Positions 8,507-19,200 of a DNA stretch of 64,000 bases are shown in pieces. Under the pieces are notes generated by a model. The model was not told the origin of the DNA and did not search any database. It saw only the letters and a program-made list of their open reading frames with translations. Within the stretch, counting starts at the first letter, position 1. Every line of letters starts with the position of its first letter. A program made the position numbers and the translations under genes. Location of the stretch: the NCBI GenBank assembly GCA_037444485.1, contig JBBIMI010000003.1, forward strand, positions 1,461 through 65,460, written 5' to 3'. This stretch comes from Candidatus Micrarchaeota archaeon (GTDB lineage: Archaea; Micrarchaeota; Micrarchaeia; Norongarragalinales; Norongarragalinaceae).

Positions 8507-9247
8507 ATGCGAGGGGTGGTTGAAGGGTTGAAGGTAGTAATTTTGTGTGGGGGTAAAGGCACGCGGCTGCGGCCTTACACGCACTCTGTTCCAAAACCAA
8601 TGCTTTTGCTTGGACGCAAACCTATTCTAGAATACACGATTGATAAACTCAAGGCTGAAGGTTTTAAGGAAATAGTGCTCGCAGTAGGACACTTAAAGGA
8701 ACAAATAATGGATTACTTCGGCGACGGCAAAAACTTCGGCGTCAAAATCCGTTACTCTATAGAACACGATGGTTTGGGGGATGCAGGCGCTTTAAAAAAC
8801 GCTTGGAAATTCGTTGAAAAAAAAGAAAACTTTCTGCTTTTGATGGCCGACCAACTTACAAACCTCGACTACAGGAAGATAGTGAGGGAACACGAGAAAA
8901 GCAAGCTTATTGCTACAGTCGCGTTAAAGCGCGTCGGCATTCCACTCCAGTGGGGAATTTTCGAGACTGACTCGCGCGGCAGGATAGTGTCTCTAGCTGA
9001 AAAACCAATCATCGAAAAACTCGTGAACACTGCGATTTACGTCTTCAACAAGAAAGTCTTTGAATTCCTTCCAGACAAAGGAATCCTTTCGACTGACGTG
9101 ATTCCAAAACTTATTGCGGAGAAAGCCATTCAAGGATTCGTTTTCGACGATTACTGGGTTGACGTTGGAAGCATTCGCGAGTACGAGGAAATCAATCAAG
9201 CCGTCAGCCTAGCAGACTTGATTTCACACGTCAAAAACCGTGATTAA
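8507..9247 (+). CDS. sugar-phosphate nucleotidyltransferase (NTP_transferase domain)
   Basis: VVILCGGKGTRLRPYT... (GxGxRL signature), 246 aa; divergent from GT2 gene. Confidence 0.8.
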   Translation: MRGVVEGLKVVILCGGKGTRLRPYTHSVPKPMLLLGRKPILEYTIDKLKAEGFKEIVLAVGHLKEQIMDYFGDGKNFGVKIRYSIEHDGLGDAGALKNAWKFVEKKENFLLLMADQLTNLDYRKIVREHEKSKLIATVALKRVGIPLQWGIFETDSRGRIVSLAEKPIIEKLVNTAIYVFNKKVFEFLPDKGILSTDVIPKLIAEKAIQGFVFDDYWVDVGSIREYEEINQAVSLADLISHVKNRD

Positions 9248-9866
9248 GGCTTACAGCAATCAAGGCTTTTTCAAAAGGCTTTTTCAAAAAACAAAGAAAA
9301 CCCGTGTGTGTCAAACCCTTGGTTTCAGGCCTGCAGCCTTGCTCGCGCACTAGCCATTCGCGCGTCACGCATTCAAGAGAACGCTCGTGCTTGAACCCGA
9401 CCCGCAAGCCTTCGAAAACGAATTTCTTCAACTGTTCAACGTTAGGCGTGAAACCAACGCACCACCCGCCCTCGCGAAGCGCGCCGAACGCGTGCGCGAC
9501 AAGCTTTTCAGAATCAGCGCAGTCGAGAGTCACTAAGTCAACATTTTTTTCTTCTATTCCCTTGAACGCGTCCTTCTCAACGATTTCCACTACGCGCTCC
9601 AAGCCTGCTTTCGCGACGTTTTTCTTACTCAATTCTGCGAACTCTTGCCTGCGCTCGTAAGAATGCACGAAACCTTTTTCGCCCACAATGTTTCCCAAAA
9701 AAATTGCGAGAAAACCAGAGCCCGCACCAACGTCAACAACTTTCCCGCCGAACCCTAAGCCAGTAAAACCAGCGATTAGCGAGGCGTCCTTCAACAAAAC
9801 CACTTGGGGACCGCGCTCGAATTTCTTGAACAAGCTAACATCAATCAACTCTACACCACCAACCAA
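9231..9866 (-). CDS. trmI: tRNA (adenine-N1)-methyltransferase TrmI/Gcd14-like SAM-dependent methyltransferase
   Basis: VVDVGAGSGFLAIFL SAM motif I, 211 aa; 17-bp convergent overlap with upstream gene end. Confidence 0.7.
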   Translation of the reverse strand: MVGGVELIDVSLFKKFERGPQVVLLKDASLIAGFTGLGFGGKVVDVGAGSGFLAIFLGNIVGEKGFVHSYERRQEFAELSKKNVAKAGLERVVEIVEKDAFKGIEEKNVDLVTLDCADSEKLVAHAFGALREGGWCVGFTPNVEQLKKFVFEGLRVGFKHERSLECVTREWLVREQGCRPETKGLTHTGFLCFLKKPFEKALIAVSLNHGF

Positions 9867-10040
9867 AAACTATTCGCCAACAACAAAACAAAATAAACTC
9901 ATACTACCAACAAACAAAACAACAAACAACTACACAAACCAAACAACAAACTTATGCCAACAACAAGAAACCCGATAACAAACTCGACAACAGACCCGAG
10001 AGACTCGACAACAAACCCGAGAGACTCGACAACTGGTAAC
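9867..10040 (+). repeat. CA-rich low-complexity tract ending in tandem copies of acaaacccgagagactcgaca
   Basis: caacaaaacaaaataaac...cagacccgagagactcgacaacaaacccgagagactcgacaact; related motif cccgagagattcgacaa also at 31641. Confidence 0.7.
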
Positions 10041-10146
10041 ACTTATTTTTTAGAAACCGGTTTTATGAGAACGACTTAATAATAATTTTACCTTAATAAT
10101 TTAATAATAATTTTATCTTAATAATAACTTCACGCAATAACTTCAT

Positions 10147-10330
10147 GCCCCTGTAGCTTAGTGGTTAAAGCGCCTGTCTTGTACGAAGCTTTTCTTTCAA
10201 AAAAGAAGTTGAAAAAAGAAGAAAAGAAAAAAAGTTTTGAAAAAAGAAAACAAAAAAGAGAAAAGAAAAAAAAGAAGAAAAAGCGTTTCAGGAAAACAGG
10301 AGAACGAGAGTTCAAATCTCTCCAGGGGCT
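10147..10330 (+). tRNA. tRNA-Thr(UGU) with 111-nt canonical-position intron (10184..10294)
   Basis: Manual fold: acceptor GCCCCTG/CAGGGGC, D-arm GCTT-AGTGGTTA-AAGC, anticodon stem CCTGT/ACAGG, loop CTTGTA|intron|A, T-arm GAGAG-TTCAAAT-CTCTC, discriminator T; intron is purine-rich low complexity. Confidence 0.75.
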
Positions 10331-10505
10331 ATAGCATTCCAGTATGCGCGTGAGAGTGCGCGTGAGAAAAAAATTGATTTTGGTTTTAACGCTATTGCTT
10401 TTTCGTCTGCGTTCAGAATCTCCGGCAGCAGTCGACGACAGCTGCTTCAACGAAACCGACGCCTTCAAACTCCAAAAAAAACAAGCTAGAAACTAAACAA
10501 TAAGC

Positions 10506-13500
10506 TTAAACGCGTTTCGCGTACTTTAACCTAACCAACGCGATGCTTGCAGCAAGCGCGGCGAGCATTGCGAGAAACGCTAACAACTCGCGCGGCCAGC
10601 TTGGCAGCGCGAGCGGACTTACGCCCCCGCCTGCAGTCGTAGTCGGCGCTGGTGGAGCGAAAAAGTTGTCTTGCGGCACGCCGCGAACGTTGCCAGCTGC
10701 GTCGCCGCTGAAAGCGATTCCTTTTTGCGCGAATTCAGGCGACAACGGAATGTCTTGACCGTTGTAAACGTTTATCGCGCCAGTAGTTGGATTGAATGTT
10801 AGAATTCCGTTCTGTCCGCGCGCAGCAAGCAACGGCAAGAATTCGCTTAAGCCGTCTGGCCCCTTTGCTTCAACCCAAGGCCCGCCGTCTGGGCCCTGCT
10901 TGAAACCGAAAACAAAGTTGCCTTTATCTGTTGGCACTACGAGATTGCCGTTCGCATCACGGTACGGCTCGCCAGTAATTCTGTAGTCCGTCGCTTGACC
11001 TGTTTTCTTGTCAATCACGCGTAGAATCGGGTTTCCCTGCGCGTCTTTCGTGAAAGCGTAAATGTGGTCTTTCGTCTCGAAAGACTGTATTCCGCCAGCG
11101 CCTTGAATTTGTTGAAGTGCTTGCTGTAAGCCGGACTCCATCCCGGTTTTTTCAGTAATGCTTAACTTCGGCGTGGTAGAACCATCCGCATTCTTCGCAG
11201 TTCCAACAACCCCGAAATCCTTGATTGCTTGCACGCCAGAAGCAGACAATACGTAAACAAACAAGTACAAGCGTTTGTTAACAGTGTCGAACTCGATTTT
11301 GCCTTGACTGCCTATAATAGTCTTAAGAAACCCTATTTCTTGGCCGCTCACGCTGCTGCCAGTAGGCCCACTCAAAAACACGCGTCCATCGCTAGAAACC
11401 TGTAACGTGGAGCCCAGCAACTGCGTTTGCTGGAGGGTGTTCTTGTCATCAATGCTTGGCGCGTTGACTTCAGTTCCAATCTTTCCGCTTGTCGAGGAAA
11501 CGCGCGTGAAACTAATTTCGTTGCCTGAAATTGAAGTGACGCCTTTGTCTGTGACTACGGTTGAAACCCTTCCCAAGAATGGCGTCAAATCGTCGCTTAC
11601 AATCCGCTTCGTTAAAGCACTCAACTGTTGTTTCAAGCAATCAATCGCGTTACAACTAGTCGCGAAAGAAATCCTGCCGTCGTACAAGATGTTTAACAAC
11701 GTTCCAGCGCAGCCGGCAATGTTTGCTTCAAACAACTTGTTCGGTAGAATAACACGGCCGTTCTCTTGCGTCATCAAGCGCGCGAGCGCGCGCAACTTCC
11801 AATCGTCTGAATCGAATTTTTGCAGGGTGTTTCCGTTCTTGTCGTAAAACGCTATTCCGTCAGTTGCGCTCAAACGCACTGCTTTGTCGTTAGACAAGTA
11901 GTTTTCTGCAAACGGACAACCCTTACCTGCAAGCTGGTCGAATAGTCCGCCTTTCGCTGAAAAAACGCTTTTCTCGATTTGCAGGTAGTAAAGCGCTTCA
12001 GGCTGCACGAAGCCTTTTTGGTCTTTCAAACCAGCTTTGAAATTCAAGATTTCAGTCATTTTAGAAAGCGGGTTTTCCTTTTGTTGGAACGCTTGTTGAG
12101 CTGCAGTCCCGATTCCCAACTGGCTTAAAACGTCTGTAACTGGCTGGAGTTTTTCAGCAACGCCTGAAACTTTTTTCTTGACCGCTTCAGGCAGCTTTTG
12201 GTAAGTCAAAACCTTGTATTCCGGGTCGGCGCAGGAACTAACGTACTGCTGTGCTTTAGAACCGAAATACCATTGGAAAGCGAAAGGCGTTTGAATGTTG
12301 TTAATAAAATTCAGGGTCCCGATTGGGGCCTTAACCCAAGCTGACTGCGCCAACGCTATTTTCTTGAATAACGACAACGAAGGCAACACCATGAGAGCCC
12401 AACCTGCAATCGTGGAAGCGGCGTACCCTGTTTTAAAGTGGGCTAACGTCGCTTTATCGCATTCTTGTCCTTTATACATGTACGGGTCGAACGAAACGAT
12501 GTAATCGTTTACCAGCAGAAACGTCGTTATTCCGAGAATGCTGGGTGCACCTACTGTTTGAGCCACGCCCCTCGCGAAAATAAATTGCGGAATTAGAGTC
12601 AAGACGTAAGAATAAAGTATTGCCTGGTTTTTAGTGTTCACAACCACGTTCGGAAAAGTGTTGTAGAGCTTGAACTGCAGGCTCGTGTACTTATCGTTTT
12701 CCGAAAAGCTGGAAACGTCCTCGAAGTTGGTCGCGTAAGAATCGCCGCGCCAACTAGTCTTGATTTTAATGTTGTCTGCTGTGCTGATGCTGGTAAAAGA
12801 ATTGCTTGAATCGATGCCTTTAGGGTTATTAATCAAGAAAACTTTTCCGGCGGAAAACGCCTTCGACGGCGCTGAAAAACTGGTTCCGAAAGTGTTTGCA
12901 ACAGATTCCAAAAGCCGACCGGTGCCGAACAAATCGCTTGCCTTCCTAAACTTGCCAGCGATTTCCGGGTGATTCACGTAAAGCTTGGCGAACGAATCTT
13001 TCGCTGGAGTAGAACCCTTTAAACTAAAGAAAACGCGGTCATTAATGGAATACAAAATCCTCGCTGGCCCGAGCCAAGTCGCACCCAAAATCAAGCCCAA
13101 ATAAACGCGCCTGCCCGCGTATTTGGCGATGTCGGCGTAAGCGTCAGCGCGCTTTTTCAGCAATTTAGTCTCAGCTTCAAGTTTTTTAACCGGGTCTTCA
13201 ACGCTTTTATAAGCCTGCATGCTGCGCGCGACTTGGCCGACTTCCGTCTGGAATTCTGCAGGAATCGCTCTGCCAACGTTGCCAGTAACTCCAAAAAGCT
13301 CGTCCAACTCTTCTCCAGTCAAGTAAAGGTTTCCTACCGCGAGCTTATCCCTGACTTTCTTTGCAGACTCACTACCAAGCCTGTTCGTGACCTCTCTCGT
13401 AAATTGAATGTCCAACGGATTCACTCCAGTTGGGTTAGTTCTAAGCAAGTTTTCCAGATCCCTGTACGACTGACTCGTTTCACTGAAAAACTGTGCCGCC

Positions 13501-14609
13501 CTAGTTCCTTGAGCTTGGGAAGCCCTCAACTCGCTGAGTTCTGCTTTTGCCGCAGCCAATTCTTCAGAAGCAGCCCTCCCAAAGTGAAGCGAACCTACTG
13601 CGAGAATAGTGCTAACCAAGAGATCGTACTTGTTCCAAGTGCTTGAATACGAAACCCAATCCTCGTAGAAAGAAGGAATCAGCATGTTTGCTCCGTTCGC
13701 ACCCAAATTCATGAAGCCAGTGACTTCGCTTCCAACCAAGTGTTGTTCTGAATCAAGTTGGTCAACTTCTTCACCGGAAGCTGACGAAACGAATTTTCCT
13801 TCCTGGCATTGTTTTGAAGTGCTGCTGCAATAATTCAAGTCTTTGTCTAACAACACAGCGTAAGTTACTCGCCCTTGAATGTTTTCGTTGTCTAAAGCGC
13901 ATTGTTTGGGATTCATTTCTTGCGCTTTCAGCAAGTCGCACAAGCTTGCTTCGTTTCGCCCCGGGGTTCCGCCCGCCACAACGATTTTCAAGTCCCTGCA
14001 TTTTCCAGGCTTTTCTTCAGGCGCTATTCCTGTAACTCTGCCTGGAAGTAAACCCATTTTTTGTAGTTGTTCGACAACAAAGTTTTTCGGTTTGCCGACT
14101 TGTTGAGCGTATTTTTCAGCGACGCTTACTGGAATGCTCGCAGTAGTCTTCACGCGTCCTTTGTCGTCGAAGTACTTGTCCAAGCAAGGCTTTACTTCTT
14201 CAGCCTTCAAGCTTTGACAATACTCTCTCAAACGCAAGTCTTTAGCTGCTTGTTGTTCGCTCACGCCGAGGATTCCGGCGACTTGAATCAAACTAATTTC
14301 TTCACCGCCGATTACAGCGCCCTGCACCGAAGGCGGAAAACGGTGTTTTCCCGCGTCCTGCATGTTCTTCAACGCTTCAGCAAACGGCAAGAAATTTATT
14401 TCGTTAGGCGAAAAACCCAGCGTGTTCGCCCACAACGATTGCACTTCCTGCGGAGTCATTTCAGAAACTCTACAGAAAACGCTGGCTTGAAGCGAAACCG
14501 CTTGCTGCGCTGAAGCTGGTTGAACTGGTTGAGCGAAACCGTAAGGAGCGAAGAGTTCCAGGAAAAGCAAAACCCCTGTTGTAAAGGCGAAAAACTTGAG
14601 TTTCTGCAT
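10506..14609 (-). CDS. giant (1367 aa) secreted/membrane-anchored cell-surface protein, hypothetical
   Basis: N-terminal signal peptide MQKLKFFAFTTGVLLFLELFAPYGFAQP; several internal hydrophobic segments; C-terminal TM anchor LLAFLAMLAALAASIALV followed by basic tail RLKYAKRV; no enzymatic motif recognised. Confidence 0.7.
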   Translation of the reverse strand: MQKLKFFAFTTGVLLFLELFAPYGFAQPVQPASAQQAVSLQASVFCRVSEMTPQEVQSLWANTLGFSPNEINFLPFAEALKNMQDAGKHRFPPSVQGAVIGGEEISLIQVAGILGVSEQQAAKDLRLREYCQSLKAEEVKPCLDKYFDDKGRVKTTASIPVSVAEKYAQQVGKPKNFVVEQLQKMGLLPGRVTGIAPEEKPGKCRDLKIVVAGGTPGRNEASLCDLLKAQEMNPKQCALDNENIQGRVTYAVLLDKDLNYCSSTSKQCQEGKFVSSASGEEVDQLDSEQHLVGSEVTGFMNLGANGANMLIPSFYEDWVSYSSTWNKYDLLVSTILAVGSLHFGRAASEELAAAKAELSELRASQAQGTRAAQFFSETSQSYRDLENLLRTNPTGVNPLDIQFTREVTNRLGSESAKKVRDKLAVGNLYLTGEELDELFGVTGNVGRAIPAEFQTEVGQVARSMQAYKSVEDPVKKLEAETKLLKKRADAYADIAKYAGRRVYLGLILGATWLGPARILYSINDRVFFSLKGSTPAKDSFAKLYVNHPEIAGKFRKASDLFGTGRLLESVANTFGTSFSAPSKAFSAGKVFLINNPKGIDSSNSFTSISTADNIKIKTSWRGDSYATNFEDVSSFSENDKYTSLQFKLYNTFPNVVVNTKNQAILYSYVLTLIPQFIFARGVAQTVGAPSILGITTFLLVNDYIVSFDPYMYKGQECDKATLAHFKTGYAASTIAGWALMVLPSLSLFKKIALAQSAWVKAPIGTLNFINNIQTPFAFQWYFGSKAQQYVSSCADPEYKVLTYQKLPEAVKKKVSGVAEKLQPVTDVLSQLGIGTAAQQAFQQKENPLSKMTEILNFKAGLKDQKGFVQPEALYYLQIEKSVFSAKGGLFDQLAGKGCPFAENYLSNDKAVRLSATDGIAFYDKNGNTLQKFDSDDWKLRALARLMTQENGRVILPNKLFEANIAGCAGTLLNILYDGRISFATSCNAIDCLKQQLSALTKRIVSDDLTPFLGRVSTVVTDKGVTSISGNEISFTRVSSTSGKIGTEVNAPSIDDKNTLQQTQLLGSTLQVSSDGRVFLSGPTGSSVSGQEIGFLKTIIGSQGKIEFDTVNKRLYLFVYVLSASGVQAIKDFGVVGTAKNADGSTTPKLSITEKTGMESGLQQALQQIQGAGGIQSFETKDHIYAFTKDAQGNPILRVIDKKTGQATDYRITGEPYRDANGNLVVPTDKGNFVFGFKQGPDGGPWVEAKGPDGLSEFLPLLAARGQNGILTFNPTTGAINVYNGQDIPLSPEFAQKGIAFSGDAAGNVRGVPQDNFFAPPAPTTTAGGGVSPLALPSWPRELLAFLAMLAALAASIALVRLKYAKRV

Positions 14610-14657
14610 GAAAATAAAGAAGCCGCCAGAGTTTAAATAAACTATTGTTTAAATTTT

Positions 14658-14720
14658 TTAACTTCGGTTAAACTTCGGTTTAACTCTAGTTTAACTTCAG
14701 TCGATTTGGTTTAACTTTAG
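14658..14720 (+). promoter_or_regulatory. array of ~6 TTAACT(TCGG) direct repeats at ~11-bp spacing in promoter region of giant surface protein gene
   Basis: ttaacttcggttaaacttcggtttaactctagtttaacttcagtcgatttggtttaactttag read directly; lies between gene start (14609) and upstream gene end. Confidence 0.5.
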
Positions 14721-15067
14721 CCGAAAATGCTTCCGAAGCCTGCAGCCGCGCTTTCCGACTCGCTCTTGATTTGCGTTATTATCTTCGCTTTTTCGCCGCC
14801 CGTGAGTTCTTTCGCGTTTGGGAGCGCGGTTTCCAGTTTTTCTGCGAGTTTTTTTGCGAGTGCGGCGTCGGCGGACTCGAAGTAAAGCACGTATGCTCCG
14901 CCCTTCAACCCGAGGGCTGCGGATTCTTTGAGCGTGTACCCGTTTTTGGCGAACGAGTCGTCCGCGAAAGGATTTTCTTCAAGAACGCGCTTCAGCGCGG
15001 CGTAGTCTTTAGATTCTATCGAGAAAACGAACTCCATTTTTTGAGCACCATTTGTTTTATAAGACAA
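14717..15067 (-). CDS. hypothetical protein (116 aa; possibly starts at internal MEFVF)
   Basis: ORF only; acidic/Ala-rich, no family recognised. Confidence 0.45.
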   Translation of the reverse strand: MSYKTNGAQKMEFVFSIESKDYAALKRVLEENPFADDSFAKNGYTLKESAALGLKGGAYVLYFESADAALAKKLAEKLETALPNAKELTGGEKAKIITQIKSESESAAAGFGSIFG

Positions 15068-15393
15068 TGAAGTTTATTACAGTTTTTTGAAGGTTTTAGG
15101 GTTTTGATTTTTGTGTTTATTGTTTCGTGGTTTTCTTTCCAACGCGGTAGCGGAACAAGCGTAGTCTTAATTCTTGCGGGTTGAGCGCAAGTTTTTTCAG
15201 GTTATTGTTTTTAGTAATATTGTTTTTAGTAATACTGTTTTTGTTAAGCATTGTTTTTGAAGGTTTGTTGAGTGCTGACGGCATTCCGTTTTCGCTGCGT
15301 TGTTCGAAAAAGTTTAACGTTTTTTTGTTTATTTTTTTACTGGCATTAGACATTTTTTTCGTCACTCTCGCGCGTAAGCGCGTCAAGCGCACG

Positions 15394-16293
15394 TCAAGTT
15401 TTTCTTCCAAACAGCGCGCCCCAATATGCTTTAGAATAAGCAGCGCCGATTACCTTCAACAAGCCGACTGTTTGCGCGTAATTCTCGCGCGTTTGTCTTT
15501 TTTGTTTAATCAAGCCATTCAACTTCAGCCCTGCCTCGCGCAATCCAGTAATGCGTTTTTCAACGCGTTCCTCTAACTTTTTCTTCTTGTAGTCAGGGAG
15601 TTTCATAAAACGCAGTTGCAACAGCGAAAGCGTGTAAGGACTTATTGAATGAATAAAATAAATTTTTTTGACGCGAGCCGGGCCTATTGCTAGAGCAAAG
15701 CGGGTTTCATAGTAAGGTTTTAAAACGCTTGCCAAAACGCGTTGCTTGAACAAGTCTAAACGCGCTCTCCGCAATTCTCTCTTCATTTCTTTTATCGCGT
15801 CAGCCAAAAACTTTTTGCGTTCCTTGAAGTCAAGCGCCCCCAACTTTTGCAGTTCCTCTCTCTTGATTTCCTCGACTTTTTGAAGGTGTTTGCTAGTAGT
15901 CGGAATGCCTGCCAACGCGTTTGCTGCGGCTGCGATGGTTGCGTACTGTCTTCCAAGCGACTTTACCGTATTCTCGAAATCCTTCACTTCCTTACGCGTT
16001 TCTCTCTTAGAAGAATAGAATTCCAACAACTGTGTTACTGAATGAATTTCTCCGCTAACGATTTTAGAAACAAGCGTGCTTGTAGTAAAACCCTTTAGTT
16101 TGTTTTGGGCTTGCTTTAACTTGTTGTTGAATTCCGTAAGGGTTTCACGGACGGCTTCATGCAACGCTTGAACTCCGGCGTTGACGTGCATCGCGCGCTC
16201 AAGCGTTTCCTCTAAAGGCATCCGCACACCCAAAAAATTATTCGCACGGAAATTAAAAAACATTTGCGTTCGCGTAACGCGAGCATCAAGCAA
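15394..16293 (-). CDS. scpA: segregation and condensation protein A (kleisin ScpA)
   Basis: Immediately downstream of and 8-bp overlapping smc; ~299 aa with coiled-coil middle and C-terminal winged-helix-like region typical of ScpA; start uncertain. Confidence 0.7.
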   Translation of the reverse strand: MLDARVTRTQMFFNFRANNFLGVRMPLEETLERAMHVNAGVQALHEAVRETLTEFNNKLKQAQNKLKGFTTSTLVSKIVSGEIHSVTQLLEFYSSKRETRKEVKDFENTVKSLGRQYATIAAAANALAGIPTTSKHLQKVEEIKREELQKLGALDFKERKKFLADAIKEMKRELRRARLDLFKQRVLASVLKPYYETRFALAIGPARVKKIYFIHSISPYTLSLLQLRFMKLPDYKKKKLEERVEKRITGLREAGLKLNGLIKQKRQTRENYAQTVGLLKVIGAAYSKAYWGALFGRKT

Positions 16294-19200
16294 CTTGAAT
16301 TGCTTCAGCAGGCTCGGCTTCGCCGAGCTTGACTTCCACGAGCTTGCTGCCTTCCTTACTCATCGCGACGCCGATTAAGCACTCCGCGTTCTTGTAAACG
16401 TTTTCGTTGTGCGTTACTACTAGGAACTGAGTGCTTCGCGAAAGCTTTTTGAGGAGTTCAGAGAGCTTTCGCGAGTTCTCCGCGTCAAGCGCCGCATCCG
16501 CCTCGTCGAGAACGTAAATAGATGATGGGTTGACTGACTGTAACGCGAAGAGAAACAAGAGCGCAAGCAACGATTTCTCGCCTCCGCTTAAGAGCTCTAA
16601 GTACTTCGCTTCCTTGCCTTCGAGCTGCACGCGCATCGTCAAGCCACCTTCAAACGGGTTTTCCGGATTCTCGAGCGCGAGCTCTCCTTGGCCTGAGAAA
16701 ATCTGGTGGAACAAGCGCTTGAAGTTCTCGTTTACCGCGTCGAACGCCTGCGTGAAAGTCTTGATTTTCTTGCCCTCGATTTCAGTAATAATCGCGATTA
16801 CCGCCTGCTTTTCATTGCCGAGTTGTTCAACCCGCTCTTTCTGTTCGACGAGTTCCTTAGCGTGTTTGTCGAATTGCTCGATTGCACGCATGTTTATTTG
16901 CCCCAGCGCTTGTATTCGCTCTTCAAGATTCTTCAGTTCGACAAGCATTTGCGGCTTATCGCCAGCGTTCTTGCCTTGAATCAATTCAACGCCTTCGAAA
17001 GCAGCGTACTGCGCCTTCAAATCACTTAAACGCGTTTCAATAACTGCTTTGCGTACTTCAACCTCGTTGCTTTCTCGCGTCACCTTGTCTAAAGCGAATT
17101 GAAGCTTGCCTTTATCGTTGCCTAAGCGCATTACTTCCTTCTGCGCGTCCTCGCGGCATTCAATCAAGTCCTTTAACGCTGACGATAATCGCTTTTGTTC
17201 ACGCATTTTTTCCTCCAGCGCTGAACGCGCGGCCTTTATCTCTGAATCCGCGCGCTTCAAGTCCCTAAATGCGGCTTCTACCTCTTCGTTAAACTCGTTC
17301 TCTTGCTTGAGAATAGACTGCAGCTGGCGTTCAAAAACAGTTTTCTGCGCTTCAAGAGACTTTAATTGGTTTTCGAGGTTTGACGCGCTGACTTTGTAAT
17401 CGCTTACTTTCTTCTCGAGCTCGCGCACCGTGAAACCCAAACGTTGTTCTTTCTCTAAATCGATTTTTTGTTTCGCTTCAAGCGCGCGAATATTCAAGTC
17501 AGACAGCTTGCGCACGAGTTCGCTTCGCTTTTCGTTGCCTTGCGAAACCGCGAGGTCGCATTCCTTGATTTGCTTCTGGAGTTCTTTCACTGCTGCCGAC
17601 AAGTTCGCGTGCTGCTTGAACACCTTCTCTTCCTCCGCAGCCAAGTGTTCGAGTTCCAGCTGCGTAGTCCTCGCCTTGATTTCGAACTCGCTTTTTCGCC
17701 TGCGCAGTTCGCTGGCTTCCTGCCGCAATCGCGTCAAGCGCTCGACAATCTCGTCTTTCTCGCGCTTGCTTTGGTCGAGCTTCTCGCGCCACTCGCTCAA
17801 CTCGCGCGCTTCAACAAACGGGTTTACTTTCGCTTGCGTAAAGCCGCCGGTCACGAGGCCGCTTTGCTCTACGAGTTCCCCTTCCTGCGTAACCATGCGC
17901 GCAACACCCATCAGCTTCTCCGCATTCTTCAAGTCGTCGAAGAGAATAGTGTTGTTGCACGCGAACGCGAACGCTTTTTCGAAACGCTCGTCGTACTCTA
18001 GCAGGTCTTTAATGAAAGCCACCGCGCCTTTCTCTTTCAACAACGCTTTGTCTGGCTTTGGCGGCGCCTGAATTTTAGTCAACGGAATGAAGGTAACGCG
18101 TCCGGCACGCGTTTTCTTTAATTCTTCAATCGCTTTTCCAGCAGTGTCGACATCGTCGACAACCACGTAATTCAGCCTGCTTCCGAGCGCGACCGAAACC
18201 GGCAAAGCGTTTTTCGCCGAGTAAGAACACAATTGTTGGAGCGTGCCGTGAATTCCCCGCATTTTCTCTTGAAGCTGCAAGACGACTTCAAGAGCTTTGC
18301 TTGAGCCTTCGCCCGCGCTCCGCAACAACGCTTCTTTTTCAGCTATCTTCTCGCGTGAAGCGATAATCAAGTCTTCGAGAACCGCAATGCGTTGATTCGC
18401 TTTTTTCTCTTCCTCGAACAAAGCGTTGATTTTTTCTTCTAATTCCTTGACTGCGGCTTCCTCGCCCTTCAAACGCGTTTCGAGTGCGTTTTTCTTTTCG
18501 GAGAAATCCGCGATTCCTTCGCCGGTTCGCAGGCGCTGTAATTCATTCTCGCGCAAGCGCTTTAATTCCTCTTGCTTGCTTACTTCCGCCTGCAGCGCTG
18601 CGAGCTGTTCTTTCACTGCAAGCATTTCGTTGTTGGCTTGCTCGAAAACCATTCTCGCTTCGTGAAAGCCTGAGGAAAAGCGTTCTGATTCCTTCATCAA
18701 CGCATTCAGCTTCGCGCTTTCCTCGCCTAAAAGCTTGTTGACTGCGGAAAGCTCTTGCCCGAGTTCCTTCAAACGCGTTGCCGCTCCCTTCACCTCGTCT
18801 GCAGCGCGTTGTTTTTCGAGCGCAAGTTCCCGTTTGCGCCCTTCATTCTTCGAAATCGCGGCCTTGCGTTCCTCAACGAGTTTCAAATTCAGTGTTATCA
18901 TCGCGTTCAACGCGTCTATTTCTTTCTGTAATTCGGTTTCCTTGCCTTGACTGCGTTCAACGATTTCCTTGTTGATTACATCTATTTCTTGTTGTTTCAA
19001 AGCGATTTTTTCTTCGAACGCAGCTATTTCCTTGCGCAGTGCTTCACTCTTACTGTTTCCGTCCAAAAGCGTTTTCACGATGTCATCGAATTCTTTTTCC
19101 AGGTCCTTCAAGTCGACGAACAGCAAAGTCGCCTTCAAGCGCTTGACGCGCGCGTCGAGTTCAAGGAATTTCAACGCGTTCTCGCGGTCTTGCTTTAACT

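Noticed and set aside
10130-10468. 112-aa minus-strand ORF
   Set aside because: Sits exactly on the tRNA-Thr gene and its purine-rich intron; poly-Phe low complexity; spurious.
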